A DNA stretch of 63,258 bases, filler included, from an uncultured Methanosarcinales archaeon (GTDB taxonomy: Archaea; Nanobdellota; Nanobdellia; Woesearchaeales; DATDXC01): the NCBI GenBank assembly GCA_964510025.1. It is 6 parts of 6 records of this genome, joined end to end, with 100 filler letters (N's around TTAATTAATTAA, not from the genome) between each part and the next. Parts side by side here need not be neighbours in the genome. Positions count along the whole stretch, not along the records: positions 1 to 22,236 come from CAZDZV010000021.1; 5 more parts are not named here. The stretch is one strand, 5' to 3'. The stretch's first letter is position 1. Each line of letters opens with the position of its first letter. The position numbers and the translations under genes were made by a program. The notes below the pieces were generated by a model. The model had not been told where the DNA came from, did not search any database, and was given only the letters and a program-made list of their open reading frames with translations. Below are positions 1-11,002 of this stretch, piece after piece.

Positions 1-940
1 GTGTTTCTGCCAAAACCTTTGCATTCTTGACTATCTGTCCACAATATGTCTTGAACTCCGGCTGGAGATCCTCTTTAAATGCTACAGCTTTTGCTGCTAT
101 AACATGATCCAAAGGCCCCCCCTGGGTTCCAGGGAAAACTGCAAAATCGATCCTTTGAGCTAGATTCTTTTTCTGATCAGGACAATATATCCCTTTTAGT
201 CTGTCTTCTTCCTGGCATAGTATCATTGCTCCTCTTGGTCCTCTTAATGTCTTATGTGTTGTTGTGGTGACGATATCGCAAAAAGGCATTGGATTTTGAT
301 GTTGTCCTCCGGTGCATAGTCCTGCGATATGGGCGATATCAGCCATGTGGTATGCTTCCACCTCTTCAGCAATCTCCCTGAACTTCTTGAAATCAAGCTT
401 TCTTGGATATGCCGAAAACCCAGAAAGTATTAGTTTTGGCCTGTGTTTTTTAGCTAGCTCTCTTACTTCATCCATCTCAATCCTTTCTGTATCATTATTT
501 ACACCGTAAGGAACGATCTTATACATCTGACCTGAGAAATTGACTGGACTTCCATGGGTTAGATGCCCGCCATGATCTAAGTTTAGCCCTAATATAGTAT
601 CTCCTGGTTTAAGTATGGCAAAATAAGCCTGCATATTTGCTTGGCTTCCAGCATGAGGTTGTACATTTGCATGTGGCGCATCAAAAAGCTTTTTTGCCCG
701 TGAGATAGCAAGATTTTCTGTTATATCGATTATCTCATTGCCCCCATAATATCTGTGATACGGATAACCTTCAGAATATTTATTTGTCAGAGGCGTGCCC
801 ATTGCTTGCAGAACCGCTTTGCTTACAAAGTTTTCAGAAGCTATCATCTCTGCACCTTCCTCCTGCCTTTTTATCTCTGCTTTTATAGCATCTGCTACTT
901 CAGGGTCACTCTTCTCAATGTCGACCATTCTTGAAATCAT
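1..940 (-). CDS. glyA: serine hydroxymethyltransferase (3' end outside window)
   Basis: Manual translation from the ATG at 940: [67 protein letters not shown]...[11 protein letters not shown]...GGHLTHG...[21 protein letters not shown] upstream. Confidence 0.97.
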   Translation of the reverse strand, partial: MISRMVDIEKSDPEVADAIKAEIKRQEEGAEMIASENFVSKAVLQAMGTPLTNKYSEGYPYHRYYGGNEIIDITENLAISRAKKLFDAPHANVQPHAGSQANMQAYFAILKPGDTILGLNLDHGGHLTHGSPVNFSGQMYKIVPYGVNNDTERIEMDEVRELAKKHRPKLILSGFSAYPRKLDFKKFREIAEEVEAYHMADIAHIAGLCTGGQHQNPMPFCDIVTTTTHKTLRGPRGAMILCQEEDRLKGIYCPDQKKNLAQRIDFAVFPGTQGGPLDHVIAAKAVAFKEDLQPEFKTYCGQIVKNAKVLAET

Positions 941-986
941 TATCTTCACCCCAAAACCCAAGAAAATGGATTATTTATATAGTTTT

Positions 987-1526
987 CTATACTCTGATTA
1001 CCTGATTCTCACTAATCACAATATCCATAGGAACATCCCATTCTTTGCGGTCTATCTTGTCTACAATCTGAAAATCCATGCATAAGCCTATCTTCATAAC
1101 ATCTCTATCTTTAAGGAAACTGTCATAATATCCTTTGCCATAGCCTACCCTGTAGCCTTTTTTGTTGAATGCTATACCAGGAACCAGCACAATATCTATC
1201 TTATCTGCCTGCTCTGCTTCAGCAGGTTCCATTATCCTGTACTTGCCTTCTTCCAGCTCTCTGAAATCATTCAGTCTGCAGGGCACAATCTCAAATTCAA
1301 CTATCTTGGGAACAACTACCCTTTTTTCCTCCAGAGCTTGCCTGATTCCATCATGGGTGTAGAGCTCCTTGCCGAATGAGACAAAGAACATAACATCTTT
1401 GGCGTTTTTATATTCAGCTGTTGAAAACAGCTTTTGCATAGCAAGATTTCCCTTTTCTATGACCTCTTCCTTCTTCAGGAGCTTTCTTTTTTCAAGGATT
1501 TCCCGCCTTATCGCTTCTTTTTGCAT
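987..1526 (-). CDS. 5-formyltetrahydrofolate cyclo-ligase
   Basis: DIVLVPGIAFNKKGYRVGYGKGYYD and WDVPMD motifs; next to glyA. Confidence 0.95.
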   Translation of the reverse strand: MQKEAIRREILEKRKLLKKEEVIEKGNLAMQKLFSTAEYKNAKDVMFFVSFGKELYTHDGIRQALEEKRVVVPKIVEFEIVPCRLNDFRELEEGKYRIMEPAEAEQADKIDIVLVPGIAFNKKGYRVGYGKGYYDSFLKDRDVMKIGLCMDFQIVDKIDRKEWDVPMDIVISENQVIRV

Positions 1527-1663
1527 ATAGAATATAGTTATCTTTTATTTTAAAAAACTATTGTTTGAGAAGTCAGCGAAAAATTAATAACTACTGAAGG
1601 ATAGAAATATTTTTAAATCTATCAGAGATTATCCAACCGACACTATTTTCGGAGGGGATATGT

Positions 1664-3526
1664 ATGGTTGCAAAGATAAGAAACATGCCTGAAAGAATGC
1701 ACTCTGTGGAAGGGCCGGGGCTGGATTATGATACGATAGAAAGGTTAGCAGTCAGTGAACTTGAGCAGCTGGTCACAGAGCTGAAGGGCGATGCGCTTAC
1801 AATCATGCATGATGCAGGCTCAGGCCATCCCGGCACAGTGCTGTCAGGCTTGAGAGCCAGGTTAGTCTATCACTGGACCATTGGCGACAGGCCATATCAT
1901 GTTTCCAACGGCCACAGCGTCCCAATCGATGTAGTGATCGGACACAGGTTCGGGAATATCTCAGATGTGGAGATGGCGAACTTTCGGAACATACTCCTTT
2001 CAGGACATAATGAGGCAAGGACACAGCCTGTGCCTTCAGGCCTGCTTGGACAAGGTCCGGGCATCGCAAACGGATATGCAAGAGCCGAGCTGCTGAGGGA
2101 GACAGGCAGGAGGATATACTGCTTTTGCGGAGATGGTGAGACAGATGAAGGGGCTGTCTGGGAGGCATTTGAAGATGCAGCTACGAATGGCCTTGATGTC
2201 TGCTATGTGATAAACGGCAACAGAAAGAACCTGACAGGCTCTTTGGTGCATCCGCTTGAAACCAAGATAAAAGCATGGGAAGCGCTTGGCATAAGGATAA
2301 TAGTGGCAGACAATAAAGTTGCTGCTCTGGCAGAGGCCTATAACAAAGCAGAATCTGCAGACGGGCCAGTTGCCATTGTGGTGGATTCTGTTAAGGGGGA
2401 AGGTGTAAGTTTTATGGAAGGAGAGCCGAGCGGCTGGCATGGTAACCCAATAACTGATGAGCAGTATGAACATGCCATGCAGGAGCTTGGTCTTGAGCCC
2501 ACTACCTTCAAAAGGCCGGAAAGCCGCATCAGAGTTGCCAGGGACAGCGGGGTGGCTGCCGCCATCGACATGTTGGAGAGCAAGGGCATAGGCTCCAGTG
2601 CAGCAGCAACACGGGATGCAAATTCCTATCTTGCTGAACTTGGTGATGCACACAACAATCTGGTAGTGTTAATACCTGATATCGGGAAATCCGTCAAGAC
2701 AGCAACATTTGCAGCAGCCTTTCCTGGAAGGCATCTTGACTCAGGCATAAAGGAGCTGGAAGCTACCTTGACTGCCATGGGCCTGTCAGCTCAGGGCTTT
2801 AAGACTGTTGTATCAACCTTTGATGGCTTTACCTATATACCTTTCTCTGCAATACGCATGGCAGACTATGGCTGCCTGGGAAATCTTGGCTTCTCATTTA
2901 CGCATGCAGAGCTTATCGGAGAGGACGGCCCCAGCCACCTGATGACAGAAAACCTTGGGGCATGGCTGGGCCTGCATAACATCGGAATAATAGCAAATCC
3001 AGCTGACCTCCGCCAGGCAAACTCTTGTCTTGAATATGCAGTGCAAAGCGGAGAGATGTTTTACCTGAGGCTGGGAAGGCCAAAAATGCCTAATATATAC
3101 GGGGAAGTTCCAGAGCCAGGCAAGGCAGATGTGATAAGGAGGGGCAACAGGCAGGGGCCTGTTTTGGTAGCGACAGGACAGACAGTATATAACTCCCTTG
3201 TTGCAGCTGAGATGCTGCATCGGGAAGGCATTGAAGCTACTGTCATAAATGTGGCTTACCTTAGGCCTTTTGATCCAGCTAACAGCATAGCAAGGGCAGC
3301 CTATCAGCGTCATGTTATCGTTGCAGAAGCGCATAACCCGCAGGTTGGCCTGGCAAGTCTCGTCAAAAGCAGGCTTCTAGGCCCCAATGGAGCAAGCTGC
3401 ACGGGGGTGACTGCAATCGGAATCAACAGTTATGTCCCTTCGGCCCCAATTGAGATGCAGCAAGCGCTTTTTGGGCTGCTGCCGGAGCAGATATATGCAG
3501 CTGCAAAGCAGGCCATGAGAAGATGA
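1664..3526 (+). CDS. tkt: single-chain transketolase (TPP-dependent)
   Basis: SGH, SNGH, GLLGQG, GDGETDEGAVWEA...N TPP motif, KGEGVSFME..WHG, GIKE, GEDGPSH; 620 aa with fused N- and C-domains. Confidence 0.88.
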   Translation: MVAKIRNMPERMHSVEGPGLDYDTIERLAVSELEQLVTELKGDALTIMHDAGSGHPGTVLSGLRARLVYHWTIGDRPYHVSNGHSVPIDVVIGHRFGNISDVEMANFRNILLSGHNEARTQPVPSGLLGQGPGIANGYARAELLRETGRRIYCFCGDGETDEGAVWEAFEDAATNGLDVCYVINGNRKNLTGSLVHPLETKIKAWEALGIRIIVADNKVAALAEAYNKAESADGPVAIVVDSVKGEGVSFMEGEPSGWHGNPITDEQYEHAMQELGLEPTTFKRPESRIRVARDSGVAAAIDMLESKGIGSSAAATRDANSYLAELGDAHNNLVVLIPDIGKSVKTATFAAAFPGRHLDSGIKELEATLTAMGLSAQGFKTVVSTFDGFTYIPFSAIRMADYGCLGNLGFSFTHAELIGEDGPSHLMTENLGAWLGLHNIGIIANPADLRQANSCLEYAVQSGEMFYLRLGRPKMPNIYGEVPEPGKADVIRRGNRQGPVLVATGQTVYNSLVAAEMLHREGIEATVINVAYLRPFDPANSIARAAYQRHVIVAEAHNPQVGLASLVKSRLLGPNGASCTGVTAIGINSYVPSAPIEMQQALFGLLPEQIYAAAKQAMRR

Positions 3527-4381
3527 TCATTTCTGCATGATGATGATGCCTGCAGCTATTATCAGGATACCGCCCGCTAAAGTGTCCAGTCCGGGCATCT
3601 CCTTCAGAAAAAGTGCTGCAAAAAATATGGCGAACAGCGCCTCAAAATAAGACAGTATCTCAGCATGCTGCGCTTTGATGAATTTCAGGGCATATATGAA
3701 CAGGAGGTAGGCTCCCAGCGTGTTGAATAGCACAAATACTGCTATGAGAAGTATGGAGCCAGGCTTAATCTGAGCTAGGGGGTTTATGAAAGGCAGCAGC
3801 AGCATTGCCACTATAAGCATCTGGTACATAAGTATCTCTTTGCTTGAATGCCTTTTTGTCAGAAATTTTGAATATACTACAAAGAAAGCCAAAGACACTG
3901 CCCCTGCTATTCCAAATAGTATGCCTATAATATCCTTGTTGGCCAGTGATATGTCGCCAGGTACAAGGAACATAAGGCCTATAAAGCCCATAGGCAGAGC
4001 GATCCATGTGTATCTGTCCCATTTCTCATCTATAATCAATCTGGCTAGCAAGGCAGTGAATAGCGGGACAGTATATAGCGACAATAGTGCAATGCTTACT
4101 GTCGTGCTTTTTACAGAAAGAAAGTAGAATACAAATCCCCCCAATGAGCCAAGAGCTGATACGATTATGGGGAATAAGTCCTTTCTTATTTTCTTAAGGC
4201 TGATTCTCCTTACCAGAAGCAGAAGGATCAGGCCTGAAAGGAAGGTTCTGAAGAATGTTGTATGGTACGCATCTGTATCCAGCATCCTTACTATCAGCGC
4301 GCTTGTTCCCCATATCATGGTAGCGAGAAAAACAAGCAGATAGCCTTTGGTCGAATCCCTCATCCAGCAGAAAATACTCAA
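3527..4381 (-). CDS. DMT/EamA family transporter
   Basis: About 10 hydrophobic segments in two EamA-like repeats (IWG; SYFEALFA...LFLKE). Confidence 0.9.
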   Translation of the reverse strand: MSIFCWMRDSTKGYLLVFLATMIWGTSALIVRMLDTDAYHTTFFRTFLSGLILLLLVRRISLKKIRKDLFPIIVSALGSLGGFVFYFLSVKSTTVSIALLSLYTVPLFTALLARLIIDEKWDRYTWIALPMGFIGLMFLVPGDISLANKDIIGILFGIAGAVSLAFFVVYSKFLTKRHSSKEILMYQMLIVAMLLLPFINPLAQIKPGSILLIAVFVLFNTLGAYLLFIYALKFIKAQHAEILSYFEALFAIFFAALFLKEMPGLDTLAGGILIIAAGIIIMQK

Positions 4382-5788
4382 TCACTTTATAATCTTTTCT
4401 GCCGATGATATTATCCTGTCAAAGTCTTTTCTGTTTGCCTTGTATTTTGCAAATTCCACCATGCTGCACAGGTTCAGGCACTGCTGGGTTTCTGTGTAGG
4501 GTATGCCTTTTTTTTTCAGGAGCTTTATCAGCTCAGAATTTGTAATCTCGGTTTTAGAGCCTATCCTGTAGCTGTAATAGAATCTTATGGATTCGGCTGC
4601 TTTGCCGTAAGCGTCCTTCGATCTGCCGTCTTTAAAGAGGGCCTTTGCTTTTTCCAGTATCTTAAATGCCTCTTTTTTGTAGTCTGTAGGTTCTTGTTTT
4701 ATCTCGGGCTGCTCTTGTTTCTTTCTCGATAACAGATAAGTTGCTAAGGATAAGGCAGCTATCCACAATATCCACCAGTAGCTTTTTTTCCTTTCCAGGA
4801 CCACCTCCCCTATCTTATCATCCTCGAATTTTGCCTTGATTGCAGCGGTCTCATTTTCTTTATTTCTGTAGGGCAAATCCAGCGCCGTGAGGTTTCCTTC
4901 GCTGTTCACCTCTGCGTCAAGCTGTTGAAACCCTTCTTCCCTCAGCTGTTGGTCATACCTTTGAAAGTCCTCATTCTCTATGAGCTGCTCCATCAGTTCC
5001 TCCTTTGTCATCTGTATGTTCATCTGCTCTATCTTGTTATCAACCATCTTACCCCCCAATGTCCTGGTCTGTCCGTCTTTTTCATAGTTCAGGCTGAATT
5101 CCCCTGTTGTGTTCGTTTCAGGATCCAGGGTTCCGGATGTAAGGTTGTAGCCTTCATCAAGCATCTCCTGATGCTTTTTCTGGAATTCCTGGTTATTTCC
5201 GAGATTTTTCTGGAATTCCTGCTTCATCGCCCGGTCATCTTTCAGCTGGTTCTCTATCTGCTGCCTCAGGGCTGAGCTGTCCTGAGCCATCTGATTGTTC
5301 TGGACAGATTGCTGGGGTTGCTGAAACATCTCATCCATCATCTGCTGCATCTGGGTGGGCTGTTGGGATTGCGAGCTGACCGGGTTCTGCTGATTATTTT
5401 TCTGGGAATCATCAGCCACAAAATGTATGAAAAAATCCAGAACAAGGTCTTCGTCTCCATAGCTGAATTCAAGCTCTATGGATAATGTCATCGGTGTATC
5501 GGCTGTTCCGAAGCTGATAGGGATATTTGTTTGGCCGGTCTGTACGGAAAAAGGGGTCGACCTGCTGTTTGTGCTGGAATACTGGAAATTTCCCTGGTTT
5601 ATGTTCTGGGTGATGGTGTAGCTCAGCGTCCCGTCCATCTTCTTGCTGCTGTCTGCCCTGATATCGACAACCGCTTCTTCCCCTACAAGAAAATAGTATT
5701 CTGACTGGTTGACCGACAGGCTGATATCAGCTGCCAAGGCTATTCCAGCCGAAGCCAATAAAGCTAAAACCAGGATTATGCTTTTCAT
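4382..5788 (-). CDS. secreted/membrane-anchored Gln-rich protein of the MoxR-VWA operon
   Basis: N-terminal signal peptide, Q-rich linker, one TM segment, helical C-terminal domain; overlaps the VWA gene stop. Confidence 0.65.
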   Translation of the reverse strand: MKSIILVLALLASAGIALAADISLSVNQSEYYFLVGEEAVVDIRADSSKKMDGTLSYTITQNINQGNFQYSSTNSRSTPFSVQTGQTNIPISFGTADTPMTLSIELEFSYGDEDLVLDFFIHFVADDSQKNNQQNPVSSQSQQPTQMQQMMDEMFQQPQQSVQNNQMAQDSSALRQQIENQLKDDRAMKQEFQKNLGNNQEFQKKHQEMLDEGYNLTSGTLDPETNTTGEFSLNYEKDGQTRTLGGKMVDNKIEQMNIQMTKEELMEQLIENEDFQRYDQQLREEGFQQLDAEVNSEGNLTALDLPYRNKENETAAIKAKFEDDKIGEVVLERKKSYWWILWIAALSLATYLLSRKKQEQPEIKQEPTDYKKEAFKILEKAKALFKDGRSKDAYGKAAESIRFYYSYRIGSKTEITNSELIKLLKKKGIPYTETQQCLNLCSMVEFAKYKANRKDFDRIISSAEKIIK

Positions 5789-6726
5789 TGAATTATCCTT
5801 TTTCTTCCGTACCTTAGGTATATCTCAATCAAAACCGCTAGGATAGCTGCGGCAATAAACCAGTTTTTTATGCTGGTGGGCTCTTTTTCCCTTTCTATCT
5901 CTTCGCTTATATCATGATAGATTCTGTCCAATGTCCTCTCGTCCACGGACTTGAAGTATTTCCCGCCTGTTGCTTCTGCAACAAGCTTCAATGTCTCTTC
6001 ATCCAGCTCAGCATACTGCGGCCTGCCGAACCAGTCATAGCCTAGGATAACCTGGCCTTCTGATCCCATCCCTACAGTATGCACCTGTATCTTGTTTACC
6101 CTGGCAAACTGCACAGCTTCTTCTGGTGATATGACACCTGCGTTGTTCACCCCATCACTAAGCAGTATGACGACCTTTTTCTTGTTCGGTATGGATACTG
6201 CCATATCAACAGCTAAGCTTAATCCGTCCCCTATGGCGGTCTTGCCTTCCTTGGCGGCTATCATCCTTAGTTTCTCCAGGGCCCTGTCCTTGAAAGGGGT
6301 AAGATAAGCAGCTGTTGTCGCTCCTGACTCGAATATCACTATGCCCACATGGTCTTTTGGCCTAAGGCTCTTCACCAGGATCTCTGCAGAGCTCTTTGCA
6401 GCCTCCAGCCTCGTCGGCTTATAGTCTTCGGCCTGCATGCTTCCCGATACGTCTATGACCAGGACAACATTTACCCCTTCTTTGGCCTGCTTGAGTGGTA
6501 TGTGGGGATCTGCAAGCCCTGTTATCAGGAGGACCAGGGCAGCTAAGGTAAGATAGAAAAGTATCTCAGCCCTGTATGTCCTTTTTCCCATGGCTTTCTT
6601 GATTACAGCCAGATGGCTGAACTTCATGGCTTCTTTCTTCTTCTTCCTTTTCGCAACATCATAGAAATAGTACAGTATAGGCACAACAATCAGCAGCCAT
6701 AGCATCACAGGACTCTGGAAGTTCAT
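5785..6726 (-). CDS. BatA-like VWA domain membrane protein
   Basis: N-terminal BatA-type TM pair; MIDAS motifs DVSGSM, TAIGDGL, LLSDG..N. Confidence 0.92.
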   Translation of the reverse strand: MNFQSPVMLWLLIVVPILYYFYDVAKRKKKKEAMKFSHLAVIKKAMGKRTYRAEILFYLTLAALVLLITGLADPHIPLKQAKEGVNVVLVIDVSGSMQAEDYKPTRLEAAKSSAEILVKSLRPKDHVGIVIFESGATTAAYLTPFKDRALEKLRMIAAKEGKTAIGDGLSLAVDMAVSIPNKKKVVILLSDGVNNAGVISPEEAVQFARVNKIQVHTVGMGSEGQVILGYDWFGRPQYAELDEETLKLVAEATGGKYFKSVDERTLDRIYHDISEEIEREKEPTSIKNWFIAAAILAVLIEIYLRYGRKRIIQ

Positions 6727-7604
6727 CTCAACCTCCTCTGTCTGGCTCTGAAGAATTTCCTGAGAGGCATATCAAAAGGCTCATTGCTCTTAAGTTCGAT
6801 AATATCGATATTCATCCTGCTTAGCATCTTCTTTATATCTTCATTTTTTTTCCTTATCAGCTCGCTGTAATTCTTTCTAAACTGCCAGTCAGATGTATCT
6901 ACCAGAATCTGCTCTCCTGTCTCTTCATCCTCAAGCTCTATGTAGCCAACATCAGGCATCTCCTGCTCCCTCACATCATTGACATTTATGGCTATAACAT
7001 CATGCTTGCCCCTGAGTATCTTCAGCTGCTTGCTGAAGTCGAGCTCAGCGAAAAAGTCAGAGATCAGGAACATGATGCTTCTTTTCTTGGCTATTCTCGA
7101 TAGGAATGTAAGTGCCGGTCTTATCGCTGTGGTCCTGTGCCTTGGCCCGTATTCTATCATCTCCCTTAGCAGCTTCAGGATATGCTTCTTTCCTTTTCTT
7201 GGCGGGATGAACCTTTCAACTTCATCTGTGAAAAGGCATAGCCCGACCCTGTCATCATTTCTCAACGCTGCGAACATCAGCGATGCAGCCATCTCAAGGT
7301 TCATGTCTTTCTTGCTTTTTTCAGAGCCAAACTCACCGGACGCTGATATGTCAAGGGCTATGTAAACGGTAAGATCCCTTTCTTCTATGAATTCCTTGAC
7401 AAAAGGCTGGTTCATCCTTGCTGTGACTTTCCAGTCAATGGCCCTTATATCATCTCCAGGGATGTATTCCCTTACTTCAGAGAACTCTATGCCGGTACCC
7501 TTGAAGACAGAATGATAGGCCCCCTGCAGCAGTCCATCCACAAGGTGCTTTGTCTTCAGCTCAAGCTTTCTTACGTTCTTTAATATCTTCTTGGTATCAG
7601 GCAT
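6723..7604 (-). CDS. DUF58 family protein
   Basis: G.GIEFSEVREYIPGDDIRAIDWKVTAR and VKEFIEER motifs. Confidence 0.95.
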   Translation of the reverse strand: MPDTKKILKNVRKLELKTKHLVDGLLQGAYHSVFKGTGIEFSEVREYIPGDDIRAIDWKVTARMNQPFVKEFIEERDLTVYIALDISASGEFGSEKSKKDMNLEMAASLMFAALRNDDRVGLCLFTDEVERFIPPRKGKKHILKLLREMIEYGPRHRTTAIRPALTFLSRIAKKRSIMFLISDFFAELDFSKQLKILRGKHDVIAINVNDVREQEMPDVGYIELEDEETGEQILVDTSDWQFRKNYSELIRKKNEDIKKMLSRMNIDIIELKSNEPFDMPLRKFFRARQRRLR

Positions 7605-7605
7605 T

Positions 7606-8592
7606 TTAAGGGACTTTTATCCTTTCAAGCACTTTCTTTATTATATCGTCTGTGGTTGTCTCTTCTGCCTCTGCCTCGTAGCTTAGAATTATCCTGTGCC
7701 TCAATACCCCGTATGCAACTGCCTTTACATCTTCCGGCATCACGTAGCCCCTACCCTGGAGCAGAGCATGCGCCTTCGCCCCCAGTATGAGCCAGATAGA
7801 TGCCCTGGGAGAAGCTCCATAGTCTATATGCCCGTCAAAATCAAGATTGTACCTATCTGGATATCTTGTGGCGTCTACTATGGCTGCAACATATTCCACT
7901 ATCTTTTCATCTGCATAGATCTGCCGGTTAAACTGTTGTATCCTGTCTATCTTGTCCTGGCTGAGGGTCTTGCTGGCCTTGAAAGCATGACCTTGGGTGT
8001 TTCTCATTATTATCTCTTTTTCCCCCTTCTTATCAGGGTAGCCTATTATGAGCTTGAACATGAACCTGTCTACCTGCGCTTCTGGAAGCTTATATGTGCC
8101 TTCTGTCTCTATCGGGTTCTGGGTTGCCAGTACCATGAACGGCCTGTCCAATGGAAAGGTCTCACCCTGTATCGTGACCTGTCTTTCCTGCATAGCCTCA
8201 AGCAGAGCAGACTGCACTTTTGGAGGCGCCCTGTTTATCTCATCTGCCAGTATGAAATTTGCGAATATCGGTCCTTTTTTTGTCGTGAAGCTTGAGTTCT
8301 TGTGGTTGTATATCTTTGTGCCGGTTATGTCTGCAGGAAGCAGGTCAGGTGTGAACTGTATGCGGTTGAAGCTGCCGCTGATCGTATCTGATATGGTCTT
8401 TATCATCAGGGTCTTTGCAAGCCCAGGCACACCTTCCAGAAGAACATGGCCGTCTGCTATAAGCGCTATCATAAGCCTCTCTAGTATATCCTCCTGGCCG
8501 ACTATGACCTTCTTCACCTCTGCCAGGGCCTTGCTTATCTCCTTGGAATATTGCTCAGCCTTCTGGTTTAATTTCTTGATATCAGAATTCAT
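7606..8592 (-). CDS. moxR: MoxR family AAA+ ATPase
   Basis: GHVLLEGVPGLAKT, RIQFTPDLLPAD, LADEINRAPPKVQSALLEAMQE, ATQNPIE. Confidence 0.97.
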   Translation of the reverse strand: MNSDIKKLNQKAEQYSKEISKALAEVKKVIVGQEDILERLMIALIADGHVLLEGVPGLAKTLMIKTISDTISGSFNRIQFTPDLLPADITGTKIYNHKNSSFTTKKGPIFANFILADEINRAPPKVQSALLEAMQERQVTIQGETFPLDRPFMVLATQNPIETEGTYKLPEAQVDRFMFKLIIGYPDKKGEKEIIMRNTQGHAFKASKTLSQDKIDRIQQFNRQIYADEKIVEYVAAIVDATRYPDRYNLDFDGHIDYGASPRASIWLILGAKAHALLQGRGYVMPEDVKAVAYGVLRHRIILSYEAEAEETTTDDIIKKVLERIKVP

Positions 8593-8596
8593 AATA

Positions 8597-8869
8597 TCAC
8601 AGTCCAAATGTCCTTTCGAATTCTTTCATCTCCCTCATCTTCTGCACAAAATCATTTCCTTTGTCGGTTATTATTATATATTCATAGTTTTTTTTCCTTA
8701 TCTTCCGCACAAGGCTCTTGTCTACAAGCTCCTCCAGATAGGATTTCATCTGGGTATGCGACAGGTTAGACTTATACATAAGGTGGGTGGGCTTTATCTC
8801 ACCACCCTTTGTCTGGATCGAGGTTAGCATGTCCGCTATGATCTCGATCCTACTTCTTTTTCTTGCCAT
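8597..8869 (-). CDS. archaeal winged-helix DNA-binding protein
   Basis: [15 protein letters not shown]...[11 protein letters not shown]...YLEEL...ITDKG; start taken at the ATG at 8869. Confidence 0.85.
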   Translation of the reverse strand: MARKRSRIEIIADMLTSIQTKGGEIKPTHLMYKSNLSHTQMKSYLEELVDKSLVRKIRKKNYEYIIITDKGNDFVQKMREMKEFERTFGL

Positions 8870-9548
8870 GCTTAAGCACCATGATAAAGGTAACGAGCAG
8901 CAAAATATAGCCAAGAAGCTGCAGAATCTCAGCTGCAACGTAGAACAGCTCATTCGCTTTTACAAATATAAAGAGTATCTGGCTTACGGCGATTATGAGG
9001 AAACTGTATGCCAGCACCCTCGTAGTAAGAAGCTTGTTCATCTTATAGTGGACAAAATACTGGTAAGTGAGTATGACCAGGAGCATCAGTGCTGTAAAAT
9101 GGAAGATATAGTAGGCTTTTTGTGTAAATACCATCAGCACTACGATAAGATAGCTTATTATCATCATATTTGTCTTTGGCTGCCTCTTGAAATACACAGA
9201 ATAGAGGAGATATAGGCCTATGAGCGTGAATACCCTGTACATAAGAAATCCAAAAAAGAACAGCGCATTTGTATACTTCGTAACTGGATATGTAAGCGTC
9301 AGCAATCCGATATTTTTCTGTTCCAGTACATCGTAATATATGGTGAAATTAGTTATTATCTTTGAGACAAATGACAAGGCGATAAGAAAAAAGGAGCTTG
9401 ACAAAAGCAGATAGTTGCCCTTCTTCTTGTCAAGCCAATAGTACTTGAAGCTGAAGAACGCTATCAATAAAAGAACTATAATCGCCACTATATCTATTAC
9501 TATGTCCTTGCCATAGAACCATTTGGGGCTGAAGATTATCTCGACCAT
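8850..9548 (-). CDS. multi-pass membrane protein (about 7 TM), possible sensor coupled to the wHTH gene
   Basis: Hydrophobic 232-aa ORF overlapping the wHTH start. Confidence 0.7.
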   Translation of the reverse strand: MVEIIFSPKWFYGKDIVIDIVAIIVLLLIAFFSFKYYWLDKKKGNYLLLSSSFFLIALSFVSKIITNFTIYYDVLEQKNIGLLTLTYPVTKYTNALFFFGFLMYRVFTLIGLYLLYSVYFKRQPKTNMMIISYLIVVLMVFTQKAYYIFHFTALMLLVILTYQYFVHYKMNKLLTTRVLAYSFLIIAVSQILFIFVKANELFYVAAEILQLLGYILLLVTFIMVLKHGKKKK

Positions 9549-9654
9549 ATTGTGATGCCCATCATTTCCCTTTAAAAAACTTATGAATCTTTCTTCTATA
9601 ACTCATTAGCATAGCTTATTTATAAATGCAGAGAGAGGGTATTATCAGATTGGG

Positions 9655-10965
9655 TCAAGGAAGCCTACCCCTCAACACCTCCATATGTTCTATCCTTCTC
9701 CCAATCAGTTCTTTTTTTCCTATATCTTCTCTGTGGAAGACAGCACCTTTCACAGAGCTTACTGCATCCTCTGCGATGAGCTCAGCTGCTTCTATGTCCG
9801 GAGCAATCCCCACAAACGCAACTGCCCTGCTTTTTGACATATGCAGACCGTCTTCTTTCTGGTCAACTGAAGCATAATAGATTCTTGCATTCTCGCTTAC
9901 CTTGCTTAAATCCACCCTGCCCCCTGCAGGATTATCTGGATAGCCTTCTGGCACTGCATATTTGCATACAGTTGAATCGCCGGAAAACATTGGCTTGATC
10001 TGGTGCAATTTGCCGTCTACCACTGCTTTGCAGATATCGACAAAATCATTCTTTAGGATCGGCAGCACATTCATAGCTTCAGGATCGCCAAACCTGGCAT
10101 TGTACTCGATAAGCTTGACACCATCCTTGGTTATTATAAAGCCGCCATACATGACCCCTTTGTAAGCCTGGCCAGTCTCTTTTTTTATGGCTTCAGCCAT
10201 CTTTTTAGTTATCTCATGAGCCTGTTTAAGGTCTTTTTCCGTCATGAACGGAAGCAGCTTTCCTGTTGAGTAAGAGCCCATGCCCCCTGTGTTCGGCCCC
10301 TTATCCCCCACATATGCCCTCTTATGGTCCTGTACAGGGGGAAAATCAAAAAGGTTTTTTCCGTCGCACAGGCTTTGGAGGGAGAATTCCTCCCCTTCCA
10401 GCTTTTCCTCAATCACAACCTTATTGTCATCGTTGATATATCCGATAGCAAGATGCAGGCCGTCCTCTTTTGTTGCAAAATGGTCGCCCTGGACCATGAC
10501 CCCTTTTCCCCCTGTCAGGCCGTCCGGCTTTACAACAAACTCATCCAGGACTTCAACAAATTCCTTTGCCTGCTGCTCTGTTTCGCATACCTTAAATCTG
10601 GGCATGCCAGGGATATTATATTTCTTCATCAATAATCTTGTGAAGCTCTTGGAAGTTTCCAGCCTTGCTAGGCTTTTTTTCGGTCCGACCGAACTTATGT
10701 TAATTATCTCTAAAGCATCTACAACACCATTGCTTAGGGGGTCTTCCGGGCCGATGAAGGCCAGCTCAACTGCATTTGCTTCAGCAAACGCCTTTATGGC
10801 ATCCAGGTCATCATATTTTCCAATCTCAACCTGCTCGCTAAGCGCAGCAATCCCCGGATTTTTTGTCTTCATATAAGAGAATAACTTTGGCTTTTGGGGA
10901 GAATTCATTATCGCTTCTGCAATAGCATGCTCCCTTGCCCCGTTTCCTATCAATAGTATGTTCAT
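9655..10965 (-). CDS. purD: phosphoribosylamine--glycine ligase
   Basis: IGNGAREHA, GPEDPL, VVKPDGLTGGKGV, QDHKR...GPNTGGMGSY, EYNARFGDPE. Confidence 0.98.
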   Translation of the reverse strand: MNILLIGNGAREHAIAEAIMNSPQKPKLFSYMKTKNPGIAALSEQVEIGKYDDLDAIKAFAEANAVELAFIGPEDPLSNGVVDALEIINISSVGPKKSLARLETSKSFTRLLMKKYNIPGMPRFKVCETEQQAKEFVEVLDEFVVKPDGLTGGKGVMVQGDHFATKEDGLHLAIGYINDDNKVVIEEKLEGEEFSLQSLCDGKNLFDFPPVQDHKRAYVGDKGPNTGGMGSYSTGKLLPFMTEKDLKQAHEITKKMAEAIKKETGQAYKGVMYGGFIITKDGVKLIEYNARFGDPEAMNVLPILKNDFVDICKAVVDGKLHQIKPMFSGDSTVCKYAVPEGYPDNPAGGRVDLSKVSENARIYYASVDQKEDGLHMSKSRAVAFVGIAPDIEAAELIAEDAVSSVKGAVFHREDIGKKELIGRRIEHMEVLRGRLP

Positions 10966-11002
10966 TGTAAACACCCCTTTTTATTAAAGAAACAGCTGAT
11001 AT

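Noticed and set aside
1803..3334. Several long antisense ORFs over transketolase (likewise over moxR, purD, cysN, rtcB)
   Set aside because: Shadow frames of well-supported genes, with no recognisable motifs
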